Shown: piece after piece, positions 11,201 through 22,791 of the stretch | Position numbering within the stretch: position 1 is the first letter of the stretch | Layout of the letters: each line of letters starts with the position of its first letter | NCBI GenBank assembly: GCA_027923505.1 | Contig: BROI01000001.1 | Coordinates: forward strand, 2,852,001 to 2,916,000 | Reading direction: 5' to 3' | Source: Mayamaea pseudoterrestris | Lineage: Eukaryota | DNA length: 64,000 bases | Position numbers and translations under genes: made by a program | The notes under the pieces: generated by a model | What the model saw: the letters and a program-made list of their open reading frames with translations, nothing else | Told to the model about the DNA's origin: nothing | Databases searched by the model: none

Positions 11201-14200
11201 CCGAGCGCATGTAGCATGAAAAGCCGATCGAAAACGCTCGCCATTTATGATATAGTAACAGTCAGGGTGGTCGCAAAGAACCGTCAATCCGATCTTCTGG
11301 CCACAGAGCAAACAAACATGCCCTGGCGCCACAAGTCGCATACCTTCAGACATGACTACATCGGATAAGTCCACTTTTCCTGTCAATAACAACCTAGGCT
11401 TTGGATGCCACCTGGAGGATAAATAAGAAGATAGATCAGTATACGCATGAATATCGGTATACGAAGCAGCTACAAATATAAAACTCACATCGCACAAAGA
11501 CTGTGTATCCAAAATGGACGTCCAAACAGCGATCGCTCCCGTTTTTTCTTATTCGCTTGCCAAAATGCCTTTTTATTAACTGGTGTTGCAAAGGCTGCAC
11601 TCAGAAAGCCTCCGGGCTGAAAGCACGCGATACAACATGGTGGCTCAAAGGCTTCGCCCGCTCGTTCTTTTGTTGCGACCCAAGAACAACACGAGCAACG
11701 GAAGCTCCCCTCCCTTTTTTCTACATCGAGTATGCAGCCATCGCATACAACAATTCCACAAGTGCGACATTTAAAGCGCCCGCTTCTACGGTCGGTGTTG
11801 ATGTTGCACACATCGCAACAGACGCCATGTAAACGCTTTGTCGAAAGCTCGACGGCCAACTCTTTTTCGTACTCTCGGTTCTTGAGTAACAGTCGACGCT
11901 CCTCACCCGTCGCAGTGTCAAACGGTATCGGTGCAATGTCCATTGGATCCGGCTCAGGTTCTGCAGGAAACTGGTTTGCCATCGCAACTAAATGCTCAAC
12001 CGCCATATGGTGTTTCTTGAATGTACCTCGAGCAATATTAATGGTAGAATGTTCCGGACACAAAAGAGACCAAGCCTTGTCTTTCGCTTTCCCGGTCACG
12101 TCTTCACCGTGTATCACTTCGCAAACGCCTACAGCTCGTGCACACGTGACATGTAACCACTTCTCGCAATCCCGACATTGATTCATTCCTCCGCGAGCCC
12201 CCTTACAAAGATGGCACGAAATATTTAAGCGACGAAAACCAATTTTTAACTCCTTGACATCTTCAACAAGATCGGGTATACGAACGTAATCTAACCCTTG
12301 CCACTTTGCGCATGTTGCGTGAACCCACTTGCCGTACTCTGAATCATCGTCCGACTTGGAGCGTAGAAATGCTCCCTGCCTCCTTGGACACAATTCGCAA
12401 ACTATCGGCAATGGAGCAGCGGCAAGCTTGGGACCACCATACTCCTGCCGCCTCTGATCGGTCTTGTCGCGCCCAAGATAGCGGCAGGGAATGCAGTAGT
12501 AATCGCCGGCTGGAATCCGGTCAATGCCGTAGCACATTTGATGGACCGCAACATTGCATGATTCGCAAAATAAAATCTGGTTGTCTGGTGTGACTTCACC
12601 GTCATTACACACATCACAAACAGCTTCCATGTCGAGCTCAAGCTGCTCCTGCCAAACCTTTTCCATCTGTTTCCGTCGATCAAGTGTCCTCTTGTACTCA
12701 TCTATGGTCTTTTGCTCGTCAAAAAAGCGTTGAGCTTCACCCGATTCTTCATAGTCTTTCCGCTCGCGTATTACTTTGCCCATGAGACTGCGAATGCGTG
12801 GATCAATTCCTCGCTCAAGTTTTGACAAATCCTCTTGCCTCTTCTTTAGCTCGTCAAATAGCTGGCTTTCTCGCATCGGCGCGGATATGCACTTGCGAGG
12901 CAGATCAAAGTCTCTCATTAGGTCGATCGATATATTATCTAGGTAAGAATTTTTGGATATATTTATAGCACCAAGCTCAGCGCGCGAATTTCGGTCGAAC
13001 CGGAACAAGTGCATAGGTTCTTCAGCGGCAGAGTCAGGCATAATAGCGCGGACGCACGCTGCTGATTGTCGCATATGGGCCGGAGCATTTGCAAAAAACC
13101 CGCTCGCTTTCCGAAGAGTTACTGGCTTTTTTGCGACAGTGGCATTCAAGCGGGCAATTGGCGCGACATCGTCCATGCTTGGGAGTCTGGCTATCCAGCG
13201 ATGCTTCTTCGGTTCAGCTAGTGGCCTCAACGAATTCGATGAGCTCTGACTGATCTCCAAATATTTCAAAAATACCAACTTGGTGCTGCTTTGGTGAATA
13301 TCGCAAACAAAACAAACATTTTTGCTTGACTCTTGATCCTTTCGTCGTGCCGTCATGCCAAAGTATTTTTCCATGTACGTTTGCAAGAATCTGGGGAACT
13401 GGCATAGCGCATACCAAACGTTACAGGCTCGCGCTTGCTCCAAGACTAGCGCCATGATTAAGAGCATGTGCTTTAGACGAGCATCGCTGTTCAACAACGT
13501 TTCCGATAGTAACGATTCACCATTCATTTGTAAATCGTTCAAACACAATATCATTTCGTAGTCCGACTCAAGTGGATACCACTGAAATTCGTAATGTGCT
13601 ATGAGTAAACAATCTTCGCGCTCCAAAACGAGACCCGACAAGGTTGGTGGCACGGAGGAACGGAAGTCTTGATCAATCACTATGCCGCTATATGTAGCTT
13701 GCGCTCGCTCTAGTTTCATTCGATGGCTGCGCAACGACTGCACGTTCCAATCGTCACCGTCCACTACTCCGAGCTCTCGCGCCACATTTAATACATTCTG
13801 TAGATTGTCAATTTTTTCCGTGAGCTTTAAATGCTGCGTCGCCGTGACGGCTGTCAACTGAACTGGCTGCGTCTGTGACAAGAGCGCCTTGTACATTGGG
13901 TCCGTCCTGCTGCTCTCCAACCATTCTTCTTTCGACGCAAGATTTTGATAAAATGAACCTTCCGGCGGAATGAATGCATATTCGCTTTCATGGTTCAAGA
14001 GCGGCGTATCATACTGCATGGCATGCGTCCAGGCAACTGGTGCGGCGGATCTAGCTGTCTGCGGCACTTGCCAACCGAGCAGTCGACCCAGATACGCAAT
14101 TGAATAGGTGTCCGGTGGCGCAAAAATTAATGAAACTATTTGATTCAAGTCGTGTGTTGTGGTTTGCGTTGGTGGAAGCTCGAGTAGAGGATTAACGACG

Positions 14201-14487
14201 CGATGAGGAAACGGATCAGCAACTGGAATATTTCTTGGCGCTGCAGCAGCATTTGATGCCGACTTTGACTTTGATTTCGTAAGTTTTTGCTGGCCTATAC
14301 TTGCGTGGCGTTTCTGCGATTTGTGTAGCTTACTCTTCTTATGGACTTGGCGCATTGGGGCCTTCTTTCCATGATGTCGAAGACTTTTATTTAAAGAATG
14401 ATGCTGCTGGCGACGGCTAATCTCAAATGCTGTTCTCGCGACGTCTTCTTGATCGCCTTCCACTTCTTCCGTCATATTCTTGCTCAT
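8269..14487 (-). CDS. Large PHD-finger chromatin protein (BRPF/JADE/NTO1-like PZP module plus a second PHD/ePHD module); exons 14487-11489, 11411-11149, 11084-8269
   Basis: 'CDVCNDGEVTPDNQILFCESCNVAVHQMCYGI' PHD, a Zn-knuckle and ePHD (HVTCA...CPEH), then a second Cys/His cluster split across exons. Introns 11488-11412 and 11148-11085 have GT-AG ends and keep the frame (CAM|WHP, PYV|KCYRH). Confidence 0.85.
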
Positions 14488-15509
14488 ACGGCTATAAGAA
14501 CCTTAATACTGCATTTATGTTACAGCTGAATGTTCATAACTCGGTTGCTTGTATTGTCGCAGGACATGTTTTTCCCATTATGGTGAAGCATCCAGATCTT
14601 CAGCGTCTCGAATCAGGGCATGAGTCTTGTCGCACCACTTTTCAATTCCGGTTCTCGTTTCCGACGAAGTTCTCATCCGCATTCGTCCAAGGTTTCTGCA
14701 TCTTGAACTTATGAAATGCAGATGCAGATACTCCATGTAAAGACAACACGAAAGTGAAGCTTGGACTTTCTTCTCGTTCTTTGGACCAAACGCGCGCTTT
14801 ATGCATTGCACAAGTGGCGTCTGTGCACGTTTGAATATTGCAGTGGAGTCTCCATGGCAACCTGGAGTCGATGGTTCGTCTCGAGCCTACTCGCATGGTA
14901 GCGTCGATAGCGACGGTAAGCGAAAAGAACACTCGTTGTTGCAATTTCGTCGTCAGTAATGTTTATTTTAACATCCGCGACATCCCTCAGAAATTACCCT
15001 CCGCCAGGAGCATAAGGCTTCGCTTCATCATCATGTGCCGACAGACTCGATCCATCATCATTGCTCTGTCCGCCAATCAAGCCAGAGAGGATGCGAATAT
15101 GGTTCCATGCTCGAGGGCTGTTGTTGGGGTGGAGAAGCCACCTGCATTGCCCTGGCAATCAACCTTTGATGACGACATTGTTGGCGAACACTCGCCTGAG
15201 AGTCAAAAGCGTACTTAGCGATCCTCTGAACGGAAGTGGACCATCAAACTTGGTTAGAACGATTCTGTTCCAGCAGGTGACTTGTTTCTTCGTCTGTTGC
15301 AAAATCGATGAGTGGAGCAGCCACAACACAGGTATAAAAGTATATCACATAAATTGTGCACATACATGCACAAGTAAGACTCGCAGTAGGAGCTCATACG
15401 CGTAGCAATACATAGACTGCGGCAAGTAGTTACCAGTTGACGACTAACAATCGAAAGTAAACTAGATGATTCTGGTTTAGTGTTATATTCAGCGGTTGTC
15501 GTACTGCCT

Positions 15510-16959
15510 TTACTCTCGCACCATTGTACCAGAATAACGTGGCGGCTGCATACCGTCAATCAACCTTGCTTGCTCGGGCTGGTCGATTCGCCTTTGACGA
15601 CGAAAAGAATGTCTGGCTATGCCAATGACGAGGATAACGGCAAGCAGGAGGAGACCTGCGATGTGGCCCAATCCAGATTGATCGGAATGGGACTTGAGCA
15701 TTGGAAAGGTGTCGGAAGAAAGCATGGACATGCGCGGCTGACCCTCAGTGGCTAGCGCTGATGCATTCCAAGGCTCAAGATGCATGCCTGCATCATTCAG
15801 ATCGGTGCTTGTTGGCGCAGCAGTAACAACAGCATTCACCGGCGCACGCGCTGTGACAGTTGGCGACACGGTCGAAAGGACCGCTTCCGGTTCAACAGGA
15901 AGAACGGAATGGGCTTGTGTCTCGTTAGCGTTTGGTGGAGGTATAATCGACGTCTCGGGTGTATGGGCTTCGGGAGCTACCGCCATAGTTGGCGCAAATG
16001 TGGTAGCTGAAGGCGCTGTTGTGGCTTCGACAATGTTTTCTTTATCGTTATCGGAACGCTTAAATTTGCGACAGTTGAAATGCTTAGGAGGGTTTACTGA
16101 ACGGGTACATACTTGCTCCTCGATCCAGTCGTATCCCTCCGAGACTCGAGCCTGTATCGACGGAAAGATTGGATCGGCGCAACCATACCCCGTGCTTCCA
16201 AGCGCCACCAACAGGTCGTTCCTTGGGTCGTAGCCATCCGTGAGTATCACTGGAGCGCCGCTATCCCAGGCACTGCGAATATGGACAAGTTGACACAAGA
16301 ATATGAGTCAAAAGTGTTTGTCACCATCGTCCAAATAATTGCGGCACGTACCATCCATCACGCGTTGTGTTTGGCGGAGACGTTGTACATATCATGCTCG
16401 GCAAGATGAGACTATCGTATGTCAATCCACGCATAGCATCTGTGCTGTTTTGGCACGCCTCATTTGCCACAGTGAGAAGGTCCACCTCCTGGACGATGCT
16501 TGATGGACTTGGATATGATTCATTCGTCCATCCCAACCCAAGCATGATGACGCTCGAATGCGTTAGCGGAACAAGCGGATTCCGATTGATTCGTAGTGGC
16601 CTGACTTTCGAAGTGTTAGAAAGCTTCAGGATGCAAAAGTCATTCGCGAAGAACTCTGGAGCGAACTGACTCCAGTTGGAATGCATGATCCATCCCTCGA
16701 CTCTGATTTCTTCCCCAGCCAGACTCTCATGGGCAGCATCAGGATGCACATCATACGCTCCAATTTTGAGCGTCAGATTGTCCATGTTGTTTGTAGCAAT
16801 ATGTCCAGCCGTCAGTACAATGTCGGGGGCGATGAGTGCACCGTTGAGCACGACGCCATTGTTCTTGTCAATGGATGCGAAGTAGGGGTATCGGCCAGCC
16901 TCCACATTGTGTCCGCCAATGACGAGTCGCCGTCTTGTACGTAATTTCGCGTAGGGCAT
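15510..16959 (-). CDS. Trypsin-like (S1) serine protease with Pro/Thr-rich stalk and C-terminal TM helix; exons 16959-16352 and 16272-15510; 5' end uncertain
   Basis: RRL|VIGG activation site, LTAGH (His), NDFCILKL (Asp), and DGCAWDSGAP (Ser) formed after splicing intron 16351-16273. A hydrophobic segment 'IAGLLLLAVILVIGIA' lies near the C-terminus. Confidence 0.8.
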
Positions 16960-17603
16960 ATTGACTCGTGTAGAACCTCACAAATAGTCAGCTGCTTTTT
17001 CTTGGACCCGGCTATCTGTTGCGTCGCCTCGAGATGCCGATGACGAATGTAGTCAAGATACTGACGATATGAAACGATATACTTCTGTCTACGGTAGTCA
17101 AGTGCTGGTTCAGCTGCGACAAGTTCAAACAGGAACAGGTATGTACTAATGGAGCCAGTTTGGATTCAAACCGTCTCAATACAGTGCATCACCTCAACAA
17201 AGAGTGATACTCGAGCCAATGGGTGGGGTGACGAGCCGCGCGCATGGTCGAATAATGAAGATCCATTGTGCAGGCAATCCAGGCAAGTCATTGTGTCTCT
17301 TGATCCACTCTCAGCCTTATAGTGCCAAAAACTTGATTTTTTAGTACATTATGGTTCAGAGTGGTGTAATATCAAAGTTTCTGGCACTACTATTTGATCC
17401 ACAGTAGGAATAGTTGTGACCGCTGCTGAATTGTTGTCGGAACGGTTCTTAGCCGCCCCTCTTTTTACTCGCGACGTGATCCGATGACGAGTCGAGCAGG
17501 TTAAAGGCGAGGCGACCATGATTGCGGACTATGGCAACATCTTGTACGGTCTTCAAAATTGCATAATAAAGGCGGTTGAGGGTCAAATCAGACTAACTAC
17601 ATC

Positions 17604-19496
17604 ATGCCATCAGCAGCTCATCGACAGACGCAAGCCGATAGGGTCGTGCTTCTGATTGATTTGGACTGCTTCTACGCTCAGTGTGAATGCATTCGCCTGG
17701 GATTCGATTCAACTGTTACACCTCTCGCCTTGCTGCAGTGGAATTCGGTTCTTGCAGTCACGTATCCGGCGAGAGAATTGTATGGAATTAAGCGAGGTGA
17801 TGGTTGGGACGAGGTCCGTCGCAAAAGTGACGGCAAATGCTTGGCGGTGCATGTGCCAATGCTGAGTCACGTACCAGCAGCAGCTTCCAGCAACAATGGA
17901 GATCACACCGGCAATCAAGAATTAGCTAACGACGAGAATCCATTTACGTGCGACGCCTTAGATGAGGAATACGACAAGATCTTCCAAGCCAACGAGACCG
18001 ACCAGCAGGCGGCTCGCAGCGAGCTCGGCGTTCGTCGCTTTTCGCACGAGGGCAAGGCTTGCATCGAACGTTATCGCATTGCTTCGAGACGAATCTTTAG
18101 CACCATTTTAGATTATTTTGATGATTTGAACAAGAATCTCAAGCAGAAACTGATCATGGAGCGAGCGTCAATTGATGAACTTTTCTTCGATGTGAGCGGC
18201 GCCTGCTTCACGGATTTGATTGTCAAGGAAACTGATGAAGACTTTGTAACGGCTATCAAATCCACCAAGATAATGGGTAAGGAAGAGATAAATCAATCTA
18301 CTGAGGAAGGAGATAACGAAATTGATCTACTTGAGACGCTGGCGTTTCAAAGGGGCATGGTATTGGCGAGTCGGATACGAAGAATAGTTCGTGATACGCT
18401 CAACTTTACTATGACTGCTGGAATTGGACAAAATAAGACGGTGGCAAAGCTTTCCGCAACTTATGGCAAACCAAATGGTCAAGCAGTCACTTTACCAAGT
18501 GCCGTCGATTACTTGCTTCGGCATACGGAGATAAACAAATGTCGTAATTTTGGCGGCAAACTCGGAAAGCGCATACAAAGCATGCTACCTGAAGGCGCAC
18601 CGACGACGATGGGTTCCATCGCCAGCAACCTCTCCATATCGGACCTTGAAAGAGGCCTTGGCGATGCTGGCTTGGCTCGTTGGGTGTACCAAGCTGTTCG
18701 AGGCATTGATACGGAGGCTGTGGCAGACAAGGAGCAGTCTTTAATCAAAAGCATTACTGCGTTTAAGTCTTTACCATTTCATGGAGACGGCCATACGATT
18801 GAACAGGCCGAGCCATGGATTCGTCTTCTTGCACAGGAAGTTGTAAAGAGAGTGGAGCAAGATTCGGAACGGAATAGTCGATATCCTAGATCGCTCAATA
18901 TACACTACGCAGCACAGGCATGGGGGCACCAAAAGACTATAAGTACTCGCATTGATTTCCCACCAGAGCGGCTGACAACCGACGAGAAAATTAAGTTATT
19001 GTCTGAAAACGTTCCGAGGCTCATCGCCAACAAGGCTGGAAAAGACTTTCTTTTCCATCGTATAGGACTCTGTGCTGAAAATTTCATGTCGCGGGAGCGG
19101 GCAGGAAAGGCGATCACCTCTTACTTTGCTATAAAGGCAGACACTTCTGCTTCTGGAACAAAGATGCTTGTCAACGAGCCGCACGCGGCAGCCACTTCAT
19201 CAGTTTTAAAACCGGGAAGTACGTCGCCATTAAACGGCGAAGATTTGAGTCTCGCTTCGGCCGTACCGGAAGATAACATCAAGCAAAAGAAGCAGCAAGA
19301 AGCACCAAATCGAGATCTTGATGTCGCCAAAGCTCTTCAGATGGAATACGATCGTGAGCAACGTATGCTCGAAACGCTCGAACGTCGAGACAAGTTGCGT
19401 GGGGCAAACAACGGTCAATCTTCGAAGAAGAAGCGAGCATGTTGTTCCGCTACAAGCAGCACGAAACGTATTGATAGCTTCTTCCAGAAACGGTAA
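17604..19496 (+). CDS. POLH: Y-family translesion DNA polymerase, Pol eta-like
   Basis: IDLDCFYAQ, ASIDE catalytic motif, NKTVAKL...KPNGQ, GGKLG HhH, little-finger KSI, and PIP-like boxes (ITSYF, IDSFF) with a basic NLS at the C-terminus. Confidence 0.88.
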   Translation: MPSAAHRQTQADRVVLLIDLDCFYAQCECIRLGFDSTVTPLALLQWNSVLAVTYPARELYGIKRGDGWDEVRRKSDGKCLAVHVPMLSHVPAAASSNNGDHTGNQELANDENPFTCDALDEEYDKIFQANETDQQAARSELGVRRFSHEGKACIERYRIASRRIFSTILDYFDDLNKNLKQKLIMERASIDELFFDVSGACFTDLIVKETDEDFVTAIKSTKIMGKEEINQSTEEGDNEIDLLETLAFQRGMVLASRIRRIVRDTLNFTMTAGIGQNKTVAKLSATYGKPNGQAVTLPSAVDYLLRHTEINKCRNFGGKLGKRIQSMLPEGAPTTMGSIASNLSISDLERGLGDAGLARWVYQAVRGIDTEAVADKEQSLIKSITAFKSLPFHGDGHTIEQAEPWIRLLAQEVVKRVEQDSERNSRYPRSLNIHYAAQAWGHQKTISTRIDFPPERLTTDEKIKLLSENVPRLIANKAGKDFLFHRIGLCAENFMSRERAGKAITSYFAIKADTSASGTKMLVNEPHAAATSSVLKPGSTSPLNGEDLSLASAVPEDNIKQKKQQEAPNRDLDVAKALQMEYDREQRMLETLERRDKLRGANNGQSSKKKRACCSATSSTKRIDSFFQKR

Positions 19497-20040
19497 ATTT
19501 GCTGTTTCTGACGCTCTCTGGTAACGAATTTAATTATTTCGTTTGGACGGCACGGATATGCTCATGTAATTAGGCGATCTCTGTAACTTCACGTACTCGT
19601 ACTGCATTTACCAGCACGAGAGCGTATGAGCGTATGCAGACTCTATTTATCTTCATCGTGACTTTGACACTTAAAATCATCTTCACCTTTATCACTGCGT
19701 CGCCTTTTTTACATTGCTGCATCCATCGTCCGTAAGCACCATCACACCATCACACCCTTTCGAAAGCTGGCATAGGGAGGCCATCATTCAGTTACTTCGA
19801 CAAGTCTGCCGCTCATAGTGAACTCCAATAATATGTCCTATATCGTCATCCTATGCATGAAAAGTCTCTCTTAACGCTCGGAGGCTTTGTGATGATGCAT
19901 CTAATGGTGTGGCAGGGTGGCATGCTTCGAGATGTGTGGATTTTGTCGTGGTGGGATCGCAGATTTCGTCCGTAACGCGCCCTACGTGCGACCAAGTACG
20001 ATTCATCCAATCAGACCGATGAAGCTGGTTGGGCCTTTTT

Positions 20041-20378
20041 TCAAAGTTATTGGCAGTACTGTTTGAGCAACAGTCAACGTGCGTTGAAAATCAAAGTTAT
20101 TGGCATTACTTTTTAAGTCACAGTCAACGTACGTTGAAAATCAAAGTTATTGGCACCACTGTTTGAGCCACAGTCAGCGTACGTTGAAAATCAAAGTTAT
20201 TGGCACCACTGTTTGAGCCACAGTCAGCGTACGTTGAAAATCAAAGTTTTTGGCAGTACTGTTTGAGCAACAGTCAACGTGCGTTGAAAATCAACGTTAT
20301 TGGCAGTACTGTCTGAGCAACAGTCAACGTGCGTTGAGAATCAAAGTTTTTGGACTACTGTTTGATCTACAGTCGATA
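20041..20378. repeat. Tandem array of a 50-bp unit, six full copies plus a degenerate seventh
   Basis: Unit TCAAAGTTATTGGCAGTACTGTTTGAGCAACAGTCAACGTGCGTTGAAAA starts at 20041, 20091, 20141, 20191, 20241, 20291 and 20341 (partial). Copies 3 and 4 are identical. Confidence 0.97.
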
Positions 20379-20945
20379 CTTTGCACGACCGCCATGATTC
20401 TACGGTGGCATCCCTTGTCAATTGTTCTCATGATCGCAATCAGCAGCAGCCGCAGCCCTTGGAAAGTCCTCATAGACGACAATGACGAAACACCGAGCAA
20501 AGACATTGTCAAAGTCGCTCGTGCGTTTCAGCAATGCCATGAAGAGGCAAAGGAATGATTTGTTTTTCCCGTCATGAGTCCTGAATGTCCTCCTCCCACT
20601 TTCACCCATCATCATCATGGCAGCTGGCGCTCAGACCAAAGCGATGCGAGGCCTTGGTACACCGTCATTATTTACCTTGAACTGCACCTTTTACATTTTA
20701 TGCGGCTACAAGTCGACTGTCTCGATCAATTCCACGGTCGTCAAGCGTTGACGCATGGATTTACCAAAAATGTGTTGACGTTGACGCGAGACGTTCGTAC
20801 TATAAAATTTCACGGACTGTATCTACCAATACGTTGTAGGCGTAGAAGCTGTTCGTTGTACAAAGTGCTGAATAGCAAGACAAAACTAAATAGATTGATG
20901 ATAGTCGCTACTAGCTCAAAGCAAACCGTTAAAGCATTTTGTACT

Positions 20946-22791
20946 TTACAGGCTCGACTGACGGGAAGGCCGCGACAGCGGTTGCAAATCCACAATCATG
21001 ATGGTCATGTTATCGCCTCCTATACCCTGTGATGCGCTGTTGCATTGCAAGAAGAAAGATTGGAGTGAGCGTTTATAAATGTGACACAAGTAAAGCCGCT
21101 CCAAGCAAGCACGTACCGTGGATCATCACTTATAATTTCACTCAACATTTCAATACCAATTTCTGATAGCGGTTTCGAGTTGATACGTCTTTGAACATAC
21201 GAGATGCATTGTTCATTTGTAAGGCAGTCAAAAATGCCGTCACAACCGAGCACCATAAAATCGTCATCTGAACCAAGTGTCACTCTGGAATGTAAAAATG
21301 AAGTGAGTCTGTAGGTTGGTACAGATTGCATGCCAAATAAATCATACTGGTCGTCACTGCCGACTCACTGGACAATATCAGGTTCGGCAGTAATCATTTG
21401 CTCGGCCGGCGAAAGCCCCGGTACCTGCTTGTATTTCAAATCTCCTATCGACCGAGAAAGGTTTAAATTGCCATTGACGCGCCCAAAATTGTTCACAAAA
21501 CCACCTGCGTTTCGAATTCGCGTCAATTCTCGATCCTGCATCGGCTTGTGATCCATTGTCAGTGCGTAAGCCTCTCCGCTTCGACAAAGAATCGCTCGTG
21601 AATCCCCTGCATTTGCAACCGTCAGTTGATTGCCAAGCATGACAGTAACGACTGCCGTTGCTCCAGCATGTACCGGGTGATCTGGTAGATTGCAAATGGA
21701 TCTGCCGTTTCGTACAATCGAGGCACAAAATTCTGGCGGCGCTGTTGAGTCTGTCTTGACATCGGACGTTAACGATTCGGAAGATGCTGAAGTACCATCA
21801 TCAAGTTGAAGAACAACTTGGCCGGACTGTGCACTAGGATTCAAATTCAAAAGTCGCTGAATCATTTCTGTCATGGTTTCTGGAGCCGCTGGACCAACAA
21901 GTAGTGGTGCTGCACGAGATGTTAAACTACTAGGCGGTTGCACGACGAGGCTCGCCGACGACTCCTCAATAACTTCAACATTGTCGTCAAGCATGAGGTC
22001 TTGATCGTCTTTTGAAGCTTCCTCGTGTCCTGTAGATTTATCGCTATCATCATCCTTTTCGTCAAAACCAGTATCAAGTAATGAAACAGCTGTATCCTCG
22101 TCTGCATTCGTTGTGACGGCTTGAGTTGAATCATTCGTCGTTTCTGGCGTCGCGTTGGACTGTTCATCTACTGTTTGCACGTTAGCATGAGCACCAGCGT
22201 TGAGTTTCGTACTTCGCAACCGCAGCAGTTCCTCCCTAATGCAAATTAAATTGTTCCCTGGTACGTGAGTGCCAACCGGTAGTCACGGAGATATTCGAAA
22301 CAAGAGGCAAGCAAAGCACTCGGCGTTTCTTACCTTCGCGACGGATCATCAATCATTCGATCAAGGGCATGAAAGGTATTAACGAGCGCTTGTCCCATGT
22401 TTGTTTCTTTCGGCGACAATGTCACTTCCACTTCACTTTCAACAGCAACTGTGGGGTTCTGCATGGTCTTAACGGCTTGTTTCCAGCCTGCTTGTTGCGT
22501 CAAGACAGAGACGAGGTACAACTGACAGAACCTGGCTACCTCAGGTCCTCCATGACCATCGAATATTCCAAATACCTTGGCAGTCTCTGCAACCGGGACG
22601 CCTGCTGCAGGATCACCATCATTGTTCTCCTGCAAAGTCACTTTGGTTCGAGCAATGTGTGCGTCTTCCATGGATTTCCGCCATCCCTGCATGTCAACGA
22701 CAGCCCACGTAATGGGAAAGGGCCGGCAGTCGAGATCTTCATCAGATTCCTGGCTCTTGTCAGTCACAGGAGTGGACAAGTAGGTGCCCAT
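20946..22791 (-). CDS. Protein phosphatase 2C, PPM1G-like with acidic insertion; exons 22791-22334, 22235-21369, 21284-21117, 21036-20946
   Basis: MGTYLS (myristoylation-type start), MQGWRKSMEDAH, FDGHGG, VANAGDSR, DHKP, LNLSRSIGD, LGCDGIFD and GGDNMT. Three GT-AG introns restore one frame. Confidence 0.92.

Noticed and set aside
14500..15500. Cluster of short ORFs between the PHD and trypsin genes
   Set aside because: Overlapping ORFs on both strands with no motifs or consistent splice model; treated as intergenic or UTR.
19960..20035. Possible hammerhead ribozyme (CCGATGA on plus, GACGAAA on minus)
   Set aside because: The core elements lie on opposite strands and the CUGANGA consensus is not met.
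20041..20378. CRISPR array interpretation of the 50-bp repeats
   Set aside because: The variable parts are point variants of one sequence, not unique spacers; copies 3 and 4 are identical; there are no cas genes and the context is eukaryotic.
20250..20558. 102-aa ORF starting inside the tandem array
   Set aside because: It has a non-ATG start inside a repeat whose 50-bp period is not a multiple of three, and no recognisable domain.
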